This document shows positions 14,067 to 38,217 of a DNA stretch of 64,000 nt, piece after piece (within the stretch, counting starts at the first letter, position 1; every line of letters starts with the position of its first letter). Made by a program: the position numbers and the translations under genes. The stretch is from Bugula neritina (Eukaryota > Animalia > Bryozoa): positions 23,497,504 to 23,561,503 of the forward strand of contig OZ037765.1 of NCBI GenBank assembly GCA_964035545.1, read 5' to 3'. Under the pieces are notes generated by a model, which was not told where the DNA came from, did not search any database, and saw only the letters and a list, made by a program, of their open reading frames with translations.

Positions 14067-14465
14067 GTATAGCCTCACGACAAAGTTGAAACATGCAGTA
14101 AACAATATCATTAATATTATTTTAATTTAATGATAATCAATTGCAAGTTACTGTAAGTGTATAACAAATTATTAACTATAAGTATAACTATAAGTATAAG
14201 TATAAGTTAAAGTATAGGTGTATTACTATTAGTATGAGTTGACCATTAGTATTACTAACTTTTATCATTACTATTACTTTTACTTTAGTATTAGTGACTA
14301 TTACTATTAGTATTACTATTAGTATTAGATTTAGTATACTCATTAGAGTTTAGACTTAGTCATTAGACAATCATTAGTGATTAGTGATTAGTCATTACCA
14401 TACTGTATAGCCTCACCACAACGCTGAAACATGCAGTAAACAATATTTAATCAATTGCAAGTTAC
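14067..14465. repeat. Imperfect direct duplication of about 60-85 bp (14067-14151 and 14405-14465)
   Basis: Both copies read gtatagcctcac-acaa-g-tgaaacatgcagtaaacaatat...aatcaattgcaagttac. The first copy has an extra AT-rich insert of about 24 nt. Confidence 0.85.
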
Positions 14466-15046
14466 CTTTTAATTATCCTTATTTCATTTTCAAAAGTATT
14501 AAGTATGCTGTATAGAACTTCTCAATGACTCTAAGTTTATCAAATTATCACTATCATCATGATTGATGATGGTGCTTTCTGCTTATCGGCGAGATCACTT
14601 TTCTAGCGGAAACACTCCAGCACGCACTAAGTACGTGCTGTTATACATTGCCAAAATTCCAGGTGCTATGCTTATGCAACTTTTGAAGCTCAACGCCTAT
14701 GTAAATAAGTCCTGCCGTTTTACTGAAGCAATATTTTAATAGATCATCCTGGCTATGTCACGGGTCAATATATTTATATAGACGGTTTTCATTGGTAGCA
14801 CTCGACAGTACTACAAACGTATGATTGGTCAATATACCACGTGAAAAGGTTTGAGTTCAACGTGTGCAAAGGTAATACTTTGGAAAATGCGAATATCAAT
14901 TATTGTCTTTCGTAGACACGCAGAAACATGGCAAGTGTATTTTTTTGCAGTTGGAAATAGTGTTGGAAATGGTGTTGGACTGAACCAAACATACCTTTTA
15001 GGCCACTTGTAAAAGCCATTTCAAAGCAGTTTGAAAGATAAACAAT
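14466..15046. promoter_or_regulatory. Probable bidirectional promoter and non-coding first exons of FAM210B (-) and EPB41L4A (+)
   Basis: Local CpG enrichment, ATTGG (CCAAT) boxes and an E-box CACGTG near 14838. Outward-facing splice donors lie at about 14465 (minus strand, AAG|GTAACT) and about 15046 (plus strand, AAT|GTAAGT). Confidence 0.55.
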
Positions 15047-15288
15047 GTAAGTACCTGTTGTTTTCCTATCATACTTTCACAGCCATTATTATGCACCTTT
15101 GCAAATATATTACTATCATAGTTATAGAGCTGATTAAATTGACATAAATTTTTTGTTTTTTCAAAATATTGTTCGATGGTGAGCATATACTGTAGGGTGG
15201 TTATGCTCATTTACCTATGCTACATGTTATAAGTGAAATTAACACATCATTTCTTGTCATTTCAGAGAGGAAGCTAAGCTTTTGCATC

Positions 15289-18200
15289 ATGAACTGTTTT
15301 GGAGCCAAGTCAAATTTAGGATCAGGAACATTCCAATGTACTGTAGAGTTGCTAGATAGCAGAGAACTTAAGCTCTTTTATAATGTAAGCTACCTTAGTC
15401 CAAAGAATTATTATAAACTTGTTTTCTTTAATCAAATTTACCAGTTGCTCAACTTCTGTGTCATCGTAAAATGTCTCTGATTATTATAACCAAATATCTT
15501 TGTGTTGAAATACAGTTTCAAACACAAAGTTTTATGCTCATATCCCCAAGTATAACTGCAGCTGTTACTTTGTAATTGTGCAATTATATTATATATGCAG
15601 TTACCTATTGGAAAAAACAATATGGGTGATATATCTACCTTACCATCATTATCTTGATATTTCTATAAGCTTTTTGAAAAAATTAAACAATATGAATGTT
15701 CCATCAATTATAGCAGACACAATTATGATCTTTTTGTCATCATATATTTATAATTGGATGAGTATTATTATTTATGATCAGCCAGTCATTTACCAGCTGA
15801 ACAGCTCTCAATGAGCCCCAGTTGATAATGAGCTGCCTGATGACTGATAGTTTAATCAATTAGTACTACAGTCTTCCAGTCACTGCATAATTATCTGATA
15901 TTTATTGCCTCAAAAAACTGTCTCTGTTCCCTGGAAGACTTGCACTAACTGGCCAAATGCTGCATTTAAATAAGACACCTAATCATTTTAATATTATTGT
16001 GAAAAGGAATCATATTAAATATAAACCTAATATTCATATACTATATTCAAATGCATCTGCTGTGACTTACTGCTTTGATGCGCAACATTTAGCAAGGGTT
16101 TAATAATGCAATACTAAATTAAAAATTTTCTACTACTAACAACATCTAATACTTCTTCTATGATGTCCTTTAATTTATTATATTCTTCAAGTAACTTTTC
16201 AATAATTCCCTATAAACTATTAAACTATTCATACGTTTCTTACTTAATTACAATCACTTATTGGAATATACTATATGTTTTAAAGGCTAATGATACTGGA
16301 CTTGTTCTACTGAATAAAGTTTGGGAATATCTCAACTTGTTTGAGAAAGAGTACTTCAGCCTGAGATTTGTCAATTCTTCTAACAAAACTTCAGTATGTA
16401 TATTATGGTAATGTAACACTTTGTAAGCAATTATGATAAAGATTGTTCACTATTTTTATATTTTATTACAAATATACCATACAGCTATAACCTATTTATA
16501 GAATTATTAATATTTTGTTCAATAAATAATCAGTGTTTGACTTTTACAATGGCAGATCTTATAAATTATTTTTTTATTATTTATATTATCACATTGCAAC
16601 TCTTCTAGTTATTATGCAAAATTCCAATGGTTATTGGCAACAACTAAAGTTTATGCAAAAATTATTCTTGCAGGAACATACATGTATATACATTTTTATC
16701 ATGGAAAGATGGAAATGAAGCTGCCAGATCTTTAGTACCCATCATTAAATATTTTTTGCTAAAGTATTCAAATTTAAACGCACAGCAGCATGTGCCTAAC
16801 AGTAGCATTATTTTACTTTTCTACTATTTGCAGTTTTGGCTAGATAGTCAAAAGAATATTCAGAAGCAGTTGAGGCGTAAGTATTTCTTTGCATCAGCTT
16901 TCAGTATAATGCGTGCCCATAACAATTCGCCAAACAAAATTTTGTTTGTATTAAGAATATCGCTTCAAAAGTTTTATACAAAAGAAGCAGGTTTACAACT
17001 ATGCAACTGTTTGTTTTACTTAGGCAAAAAGGTCATTTCGTACTTCAGAATACTGAAACGAAATATTAATACTGTTTGTTAATGTACAGCTAATGCAATT
17101 AACACAATCCTAAAATATAAACACTCTTGATATAGCGTGACAAGCATTCTCTTAGACTCTAAATATGAATGTGTAATTGCTAGACACGAAGTCTCCAATA
17201 AACGCATGAACTCTTTTTTTAATTTGTTCAAATGTAGTTTTTTTTTCAATTAGAGACAAAGTATGTATCTTTGCATAATTGGTTTTTATAATTCTCTTCA
17301 GCGATTCTTTGCAGCTACTTTCACTTAAGAATAACTGTTCAGATTGTTCAAACTGAATGTCATGTATATGGATTATAAATTAGTGTTACTTTATGATTGT
17401 AAAATATTCATCTTGAGTCAGATGATATTGAGAGTATAATTTTAGGTCATGGGATTAAAGAAAAGCAACCGAAGTTCTATTTTGGAGTTAAATTCTATGC
17501 TGTGGATCCTTGCAGGTTGAGGGAGGAAATAACAAGGTGAGAAATGAATCAGCTTCCATAAGTTAAATATTGTTATACTTGTGTGTGAGGATAATAACAT
17601 ATATGCAACAAGATGCTTTAAAATACATATAGAACTATAAGATATAGTCTTATTGCAGGTGTATTTTAGTAAAACAATCTATAAAATGTATTTTGTTTAC
17701 TAACACATATAGTTCAAAATTAAACACTATTATAAACTGTGACATAGCCACTTTGAATTGTAATGGAAGTGAGGCTAATAAATTTAGAACCATGCTGGTG
17801 ATGAAATTACATCACAGACACTATAGTGTATATACAAGCAATTACGGCATTGTAAGATACATCACGCATGGTAGGAAGAGTAAAAGTATTAGTTGATGCT
17901 AAAAAATCATAAGTATTTCTAAAGCAAATGCCAAATTTAATATAAGCTGTTATTTATTATTACTTTTGAAAAGCCAGGGAATTATTCTAAGCTATATATG
18001 CCACTTAATTCACAGGTATCAGTTCTTCCAGCAATTGAAGAGAGATGTAGCATCTGGTAGAATACCCACAACATTTACCTTGCTGGCTGAGCTCGGTGGC
18101 CTGGTAGCTCAATGTAAGTGTGATTTTGAAAAGTAAAATAACAAGTTTTATTAGGAATATTACAAATTTGAACAAAAAAATTATTATGTGCTTTTTATTT

Positions 18201-21200
18201 CATTAATAACGTGTAGAAATTCTTGGTTTTGCAAAACTACAAGATCATTGAGTTGAAATTTTTTTTATTGCACTCACTTGGGTAAATCATAAAAAGGTGT
18301 GGTTTGAGTAGTGCTCACTATTAATGAAATAGTATCAACAACAATGCAATATATAAAGGTCAACAATGACCATATATATTATGGTCAAATTATATGTTTT
18401 TCTAGGTTATTCAATATTATATTTTTATTTTGTAATTGTTTGCCCATCAGCTGAATTTGGAGACTATGATCCTCATCTTCACAAAGACGGATATCTGCAG
18501 ATTCTGAAGCTCGTATCTGGAAATCTGTCTGATGAGTTACAAGCAACAATTACTGAAGTCCACAGAGAAAAATTAAGGTACCTTTACCTGTGATAACTGT
18601 CTGGCTTTCTATTAATGGTGATCTACCCAGGGAGTGATAATTGGGCGTGGGCACTACACACGGTCATTTATTGCTAACAATACTTTACACTGTTATGTAA
18701 ACACTATCAGATTATACCAAGTAAATGCATTTAAATTTTGCATTTTATGGTCAATGCATTCTATGGCCACTGGCTTATTTATTTTAGTGCATAAGAAAAT
18801 TTCCTAAGGTTTAATTTATAAATCTATACAACTTGGAGTCATTAGGAAGCTTGTTGAGCAAATGATATTTCTATCAGCAATAGTAGTATCAGGAATAGTA
18901 TAGTAATATTAATATTAGTAGCAATAGTAGTAGTATTAGTAGCAATAGTAGTAATATTAGTGGTATTAGTAGTAATATTAGTAGCAATAGTAGAAGTAGT
19001 AGTAGCAGTAGTAGAAGTGGTAGTGGTAGCAGTGCTTGATGAAAGTGCAGAAAATGTGGTAGCCAATCCATTAGAATGGTTGTCAGTCATATATGTTGGA
19101 CTATTTTGCTAATAGGGGTGCACATCCATCCCAGTGCGAGTTACAATATCTAAATCTAGTCAAAAAGCAAGATGTGTATGGCGTGGAATTCTATAACACC
19201 AAGGTTGGTTATCAATTACTATGGAAAATCAAAAGGCTGTTTTAGATGAGAAAAAATTTTAAAAAGAAAGATCATTTATAAACTTGCAATTGGCTTTAGT
19301 ACACAAATACTGTTATATAATGATGTTTTGTTTAGGGTGCTACTAATGCAGAGTATAATATAGGAGTCAGTCCTCATGGCATACTCATCTACCGAGGAAA
19401 GCATAGGGTAGGACTTTATCACTGGCCTCGGATAAGCGTTATTAACTTTAAAGCTAAAGAGTTGATACTAAAAGTGAGAGATAAACATGTAAGTTTTAAT
19501 TATCCATAGCAATCACTTTAACACAATAACTTGTTTTAGAAATATTTAATCATATTTCAAATAATATTAAAGGTGAGTAGAAGTTACATGTAATGATGCA
19601 TACATACAAACTTAGATTCGTTGAGTAAAAGTAACTGTAGTGCTTTTTCGACTGCTGTGCATAAAATATGTTTTATTCATGCTTACATTGAATGTGTTCT
19701 ACAGTGATTATATAATACAGCAGTCATGGCTGCATCAGAGTTATAGCTTGACACTTGGTTACTATTAAAGATAGAAGCCAATTAAAATTTAATTATCAAA
19801 CTGACATGTATGTCAAAATTTTCAAGACTTTTATCATAACTTGGTGTAATGTAACATAATATAACAACAAAATATATAAATGCAGAAGTAGGCACTATTT
19901 CAGCACTATTACAGTGTTGTGGAAAATTCTAAAAATAATCTGTTCACTGTAAAATATTTGAGAAAATCGTGTTGCATGTTCGTTTGTTATTTTTGTAGGG
20001 TAGAGAAATTACTACGCACTCCTTCACTTGCAACAGCACTAGGGTTTGTAAGCAAGCATGGAAATCATGCATAGAGCATCACAGCTTTTTCAGACTAGCA
20101 GAAAACAAGCAAAATCAAGACACTCTAGAAAAAAGTCGGCTTTTCAACTTTGGCTCTAAATACAGATACAGGTAAGCCTGGCATATTTATCCATTCAAGC
20201 TTTAAATTTGGGAACATTTCAATAATTTATGTTAATTCGATGATATTCATACAAGATCTAATGAGGATGTTCACATCTGTTCGCTTTTTGCCATATGTCC
20301 TGATCAGGTAGCGGTTTTGCCCAACTCCAGGGTCCATTCAACTTTTCCGCCTTACTTTTATTATTTGCACATTGCCAGTTGAGTATAACTATATTTTATT
20401 GATTTAATAGTGGTAGAACAGAGCAAGAAATGGAATCTTCAGCGTCTAGATTTGAAGAGCCAGTTGTAAATCGCCCACTTAGTCGTAGATCTTCAATTGA
20501 TCGGCCACATGGTAATTCAAATATCCACACCAACACTCCCAAAGTACAACACAGCAGCATGGCAGGGCCAAAGGATATCAAAAGCTCAAATATGTAAGTC
20601 TTTAAGAAATTATTTTTACTCAGCAAAAAATGTAAAAATGACTTCTACATATAACTTGCCTGAGTGTACAAAATGAATGAAAAATTATGAATTAATATAA
20701 TATTTCATAAATAACTATGCATTAAATAGAGCATCTTGTAGCAGCTCAATTATCTAGTGCATTCTTAGAATTTTCCAACATTATTCACAACACATTTGCA
20801 GTACGTGACAATAGTTCATCAATGAGATGTGATAATGAGGTAAATATAATTAACATTTGTATTGTGCTTCCAAAGATCACCTGGTGCAGCTCATGCTTTT
20901 TATTCACTGCAGCCAAGGAATGTTTACTCCATCTAACTGGTCACCAGGTTCAGTTCGCAGTTTCAAAATGAAATTTCAGCCCAAGAGCTTTGAACAGGAA
21001 GTGGAAACTAAAAGTCTTCGAGAACAGGCAACAAGGTAAACTGAACTATACTAAAATGCAAGTATGCACCATGTGACACAAATTTACTCAAACTGTTGTA
21101 TGATTATCCCACCATTATAAATCATGACACAAAATTATGGCTCTTAAATTTATAAATATGTGTAGATGTGGCAATTTTAAAAAGTACTTTTTGTTTAAAT

Positions 21201-24200
21201 TCACTTTTGATTTCCATATTGGACCTACACTCTGTGGTGTAGTAATTCCCCAATAGACTCCTTTAATGTAATGGGTAGCACACTGGCTTGCAAGTTGGAG
21301 GTCTGTGGTTGAATTCCCAGTTGTTTTACACACTCCAAGCCAGGAGGCACAATTCCAATATAAGAAATAAAGCAGTTACAGAATAAGTAGTGTAAGTAGT
21401 TACTTGAGTTGTAGTTAGTAATCAGCATCAACATAGCAAAGACTGGAGTTTTTACAGTTCACATTTACAGTTGCTTTCAGCCATGAAGCTAATAAATACC
21501 TCGAAGCAATATTTTTCAACAAAGCTGGAAATAAAGAATGTATAGAGTAGGCAGAAGTTGAAAAGATATCATCATGATAAATGATATGTTGAGATTATGC
21601 AGCAAATTTACTAAAAATGAAATTTTTAAGAGTATAGAGTAATTTTTTAAGGAAAAATGGAAAATAGAAAGCAGCTGCAAGGCGAGTCTTTTGATGACAT
21701 ATAAAGTCAGGTTAGATATCACATGCTTCAAGATAGGTAGCCACGTGTTGACGGTGTGTGCATCATGTTAACATATTTATAATATCTTTTTTCAAAGAAG
21801 CTTTTCTTAAACTAGAAAGCAGTAAATTTTACTGATTGCTTTTTATTCACTTAATTGTATGTGATTATTATCAACTGACAAATCTAATAGCCTAAACACC
21901 TATGTGTGGGGCTAACTACCCATATAATATAAACAACTTGCATTCTAGTTAAGGTCAGATTTTAAATTTCTATACAAAGCTATGTTGGAGCCAAAACATT
22001 GACTTTTGTGTACATGAAGTGATTTTAGACAATACAAGTTATTGATTATTTGATGACAGTTGTCAGAATGATCAAAGATTATTGATTGGAACTTTTGACA
22101 TACTGATGACCCTGCAAAGCAACTCATATAGGTGTGGCATGTATGCTTTCCAATGGCACTAGAGAGCATGTGCTTTCAGAATAGAAGTCATTTGATTGTA
22201 ACAAAGCGATGCACTGCCCTGTATTGTCTTTATATTTATAATCTGAAGTCAAATAATGTACAAGTGGTACTATCATTGATTTGTACAGTAGCATTGGTGT
22301 GCTGAGGAGATGCTGCTGTCAATATTATATGTACGTCATTTAATCTCAATAACTCAATATTCTAAGAGAAAAAAAAACATTTCTTTATTGTGCCCTGTTG
22401 ACGCCCACATTGACACCTCCTTGAGTAAATATAACCTCTACACCAAAATGTCATTTACAAATGAAATAGTGGCTAGTAGCTTGCCATTTCCTTTATTAAA
22501 GTATTAATGTTTAGATGTAAAATTCTGGTAGAAGCTAATTGATAACTTTCAGCAAACTCACATTCACTCAAGTTAAAACATTCATAGCCATGATCAGTTG
22601 TACTATATATTATTATTTTAATGATTTTCTACTTTTGCAGACAAGTGAGCACTAGTAAAATAAAATTAATTCAAGAAATAAAGCCTGTAAAATAATCTTA
22701 ATATATAAGATGCGAGATAGTTTTCATATAATCAAAACAAAAGACAAATTAATATATTGTGAATGCTGGAGATTAACTATTTATAATTTGCAACCATGTG
22801 CCCTACCTGCTGCTGCATTCTTTTTAAAAAAATTCTAGTAGTTTTATTTTCCATTTAAGCTTCAACTGTTTAATTACTTATGACAAAGCATTTAGGACAA
22901 ATAAACTATGTAGAATAAAATTTAACACAATTTTAGAATCTGTTGTAACTGTAGGTCACCAGGGCATACCCGCCACCGAAGGTCTGAACAAGCTAACATG
23001 AAACCTACAGATTCAGAGCAACGCAAGCAAGAATGTCAAACAGAAAATGCTAAAGATTTAGATTCACAGAGCAAAAGAATGTTGATGTATGCTAAACAGC
23101 AGGCTCGGCAATCAAGCGTTAGTCGAATTGTTAGAGGATATGTTCCAAATTCTAAACAGTCATTTTTCAACAGGTATAGAATGCAAATATAAGTATCAAC
23201 ACTAGCGTTTGCTACTCTTTTTCAAAAATGATAAAAATAACATGTTTATAATGAAGTTTGAGACCTTAAAGCACCATTACATACATTTCTTTTCACTATC
23301 ATATAATATATATCACAAAAAATGTAATTAGTTTTATAGAACGTTGTAATATTGTTACAGAAATCAACTTCGACACAGTGACAAAGGGTGGAAACCTCGT
23401 GAGTACGAGAACATAGTGTACAATGATGATGGTTTACCGGTTATACTAGCAACTCATCGAGGAGAACCAGCGGACAAGAACATGCCATACTATCAACAAG
23501 ACTGGTTGCTTAGCAACAGGTCAACAATAAAAAAGTACCCCAAAGAGCCTCTCTTTAACAACAAATCTGCAGAACAAGCAAGTTTCTACGACGAGAAGAA
23601 TGATGACTTCTACAAAGTAAATGATCCGCTAATGTACAGTCTACTTCACTCCACAACTGAGGCCAGCAAGCCTAGTTTCAGTTTTTATGAAGAAAAATTA
23701 CTCAATAGGGACAGTGGCACAGATTCACCCACCTGCTACAGCTATGATGACCAAAATATTTATAGTCTAATCCAGACACTGGGCAATGAGCATGGCAGTT
23801 TGATAGGGAGAGATGCTGTGGAAACAGATAATACTGGTTGGCCACAGAGCAGACAACCGAGTAGGAGAAGTACTAATAGCCAGAGTGCAGGGAGAGCAGA
23901 TCAACATTTGTCTAAACAGGTAATCATAGATCTAAATAAACTATGCTACTCTCCAGTTATAATTAGTTAAACATTTAGTTAAAGTGGATTTAGAAACGCT
24001 ATGCTAATTTATTTACAGTCCCATTAATCAATCTCCGAATTATTTTATAAATTTCTTGTACATGAAAATTTTAATTTTGACTATGGGAAATAATTGTTCA
24101 AATTTCAAACTTCTTGCACACATAAAATAGTCTTCCATAGCAAGCAAAAACCATTTTCGACTTTGAAGAACAAGAGGTCAGTTAAAAAAGGCATTAATAT

Positions 24201-24260
24201 TGTTAATAGCTAATTAAATTGGTAACACGAGTATTTATATTGTAGGTCACAGTAATCTGA
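15289..24260 (+). CDS. EPB41L4A: Band 4.1-like FERM/FA domain protein (EPB41L4A/NBL4-like), multi-exon, complete CDS
   Basis: Spliced: MNCFGAK...[80 protein letters not shown]; FA motif GSKYRYSGRTE. The terminal exon is GTC ACA GTA ATC TGA (24246-24260). Confidence 0.88.
18880..19035. repeat. Degenerate (AGT/AAT/AGC)n trinucleotide repeat in an EPB41L4A intron
   Basis: agtagtagtattagtagcaatagt... It produces the spurious poly-Thr and poly-Leu ORFs in the ORF track. Confidence 0.85.
21256..21345 (+). mobile_element. Degenerate tRNA-like sequence (SINE head or tRNA pseudogene)
   Basis: A-box-like taatgtaatgg, anticodon-arm-like ctggcttgcaagttgg and B-box-like ggttgaattccc at tRNA spacing. No intact acceptor stem. 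Confidence 0.5.
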
Positions 24261-25006
24261 GAAAGAAGACTACATAATTACAATTTTTACACCGAAAAGC
24301 AAGTAACACTACTTGGCAGGTCTAAAAGACTTTCAGATAGAAACAAAAGATAAATAAATATCCATCCTAAGTCAACCAAGGTGACATCTTAGCGGCTGAA
24401 TTCAGTTTTATTTCAACATTGACTCTCATGAAAGTGTTTAAAACAAAACATCACATCATGTTTAGGCTATGTAACCTGAACGGATATTAAGATACGAACA
24501 GGTGAGCAAAGAGCTATGAAAATAAGTTTGTTTTTTATAAAAAAGTAAAACTTGGCTAAAATGTGTCTCTGTAGGAATTTTTCTTAAAACTAATGACTAT
24601 TTTTTTAAAGAAATTCAATCATAACCCTATTACATAATTATATATTTTTTTCAAAGAGTTCTATATTTAAAACAATATCGGCCAAAGCCTTTTTTGCTTA
24701 CATGCCTTCTTTTTCTTCCTATAATAGTAAATTTAAGCATTAAATATTTCAAATATTCCCGGTATATTTTATGAATACTTTTATTCTGACTAGTATACTT
24801 AATGCTAATCATCACTAAAAAACCCTACTTACAAAATAAATTAGTGTTTGGTAAATAAAAATTTTGACTTGCTTTCCCACAGATTGTAAGTAATGGTAAA
24901 GGAAGCATGTGGAAAAAATAAAATTTATGTCCTAATACTTTCAATGTACAACAGAGATTGTATATAGTTAAAAATGATATCACATTCTCCACCATAAAAT
25001 AAAGAA

Positions 25007-36052
<11,046 letters not shown>

Positions 36053-37088
36053 TGTGAAAACACAACTGGTAACTCAATCACTTCTCCGCCAACATTTACT
36101 AACGATTAGTTGTTTGACAATGAATCTAAATCTAGAAGTAGCAAAAATTAGAATTTCATTTACAAACTATTGCAATCAAATATGATCAGTAAACTGTAAA
36201 GTATGAGTAGGCAGAGTACACCAATATCAATATGTATTTCTGACATCTATGACTAATACTCATGTCTAACACTAATAATAACAGTACTAGACTTAGCCAC
36301 TAATGGTAATCATGAGTCTAATAAATAATAATGGTATTAATAATATCAGCAATACTAGTAGTAGTACTAATAGTAATAGTGCACTACTAATGTGATAATG
36401 TTCAAGATTTTATTACTACTAATATTGCAAATTTTCGTTTCACCGTCTTATACTGATAGTAATAGTTATAGTAATAATGGTGTAATTAATATTATCAATA
36501 GTAATATCAATTGAGTTAAAATTAGTATTACTATCAATATTATTAATACTAATCTGTAATAATAATAACATTAGTAATATTAATAGCAACCCACTTATTC
36601 AGTAACAATAAGTATAAAGTAACTACAGTTAATGTTATATTTATTGCTATTAAATTATCAATCAATACAATGATTATAACCATAATTAATAAATTATCAA
36701 GTTCAATTTCAGTTTATTAAGTATATTAGGAATCATTACTTTAGTAATACTAATAGTTATTTAAGTTATTACTCATACTTATAGTTATAATGTAAGTTAT
36801 TATACTCTAACTATTACTATCAAATATTATTCATCTAATGTTAATATTACATTTAATATTACTATTAGTAAAAATATTAGCAATACTTATTAACTATTAT
36901 TAGTATTACTATTACTATTAGTTTATTACTATCAGTATAATTATTAGTATTAGTATCTGTATTAGATTTAGAGAGTTTGAGCTACTAGTAGTAGTAATAG
37001 TATTACTAAGTTTAATAGTAATAGTAAAAGTAATACTAATAGTCATATAAATATTGATATGCTATTAATATTAGCATTAAATTTATTA

Positions 37089-37091
<3 letters not shown>

Positions 37092-37156
<65 letters not shown>
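37092..37156. repeat. (TA)~32 microsatellite abutting the 3' end of the retroelement
   Basis: Perfect TA run read directly from the sequence. Confidence 0.95.
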
Positions 37157-37158
<2 letters not shown>

Positions 37159-38217
37159 GATTAATCCAATAAGTCCTAGGGCATTAAATGGATATGCATA
37201 TAGGTTTCATACTAAAATCAGCGAACAGGCATGACGGATTTAAATGATACAGGGAGAGTAAAATGTTTGGCTACATTAGTGAATCGGGATCTTGCCCTCC
37301 AAGTATAGGTCTCATTCTGTTGTAAAAAGAAAACTTAAATTGGTCTAGACCAAAATGTGGGTTGAGTGTTCCCCGACGTGTTAAATATGAAGTATTAAAA
37401 GAAATATAATCGGCAAGCTGTACTTCATATAAACCAAACTCAATTCTTTTTAGAAAGTTCAAATCTAGGTGTTGTCTTCTTTCTTTGAGTTGTTCTATAT
37501 TGTTTTTTATCATGCACTCTGAAACACTCTCCACAGGACCGAGTCTGTACGCCCACTTAACAGCCCGTCTCTGAACTATTTCCACATTGTCTATTAATGT
37601 TTTAAAGTAGGGTGACCATACCTGACTAACATACTCAAGAACTGGTCGGTACTAGCGCTAAACAGGCATCTTCCTATCATTGCTAACAATTTGTTTCCTT
37701 TTTTAACAGTGTTTATTGTATGTTCATGCCAATTTGAGGTCACTTTGAATGTATATACCCAAGTATTTTAAACTGCAGGTTTGGGGTATAACGACGCCAT
37801 TCATAAAAAGCTTAAAACTGGGAAGATTTTTTCCTAGGGCCATATGCATACATTTATTTGGGTTAAAACTCATGCCCTATTTAATAGACCAGTCATACAA
37901 CGCTGTTACACTTTCTTGGAGTTTGGATGGCCCACATTCTGTTATGTCCATACCTAACAAAGTACCATCAGCATATAGTCGACAATATGAATCATTTACA
38001 CAGAGTGGCATGTCATTTATAAACAACAAAAAAAGAAGAGGCCCTAAAACTGAGCCCTGAGGCACACCTGATGTAACGGCAAATTTGTGGCACTTCCTAC
38101 CATTAACCAGTACCATAGATGCTCTATTTGATAGCCACTGTTCGATCCATTTCACTACATTCACATCAAACTTATAGGCTTTAACCTTGTCTATTAGAAG
38201 TTTGTGTGGGACCTTGT
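37157..38217 (-). mobile_element. 5'-truncated, degenerate non-LTR retrotransposon (CR1/L2/jockey-like RT C-terminal half plus 3' UTR)
   Basis: [11 protein letters not shown]...WIEQWLSNR...[23 protein letters not shown]...RLYADG...FNPNKC...KYLGI...RPVLEY.SQVWSPY...EIVQRRAVKW. It has an in-frame stop at 37877, frameshifts and YADD changed to YADG. Confidence 0.9.

Noticed and set aside
18842-19090. Poly-Thr and poly-Leu ORFs
   Set aside because: These are translations of an intronic trinucleotide repeat antisense to EPB41L4A.
20802-20839. AG...GT-bounded 38-nt candidate exon in EPB41L4A
   Set aside because: It gives an immediate stop in the required phase and the flanking exons join correctly without it. 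It could only be a poison exon, for which there is no evidence.
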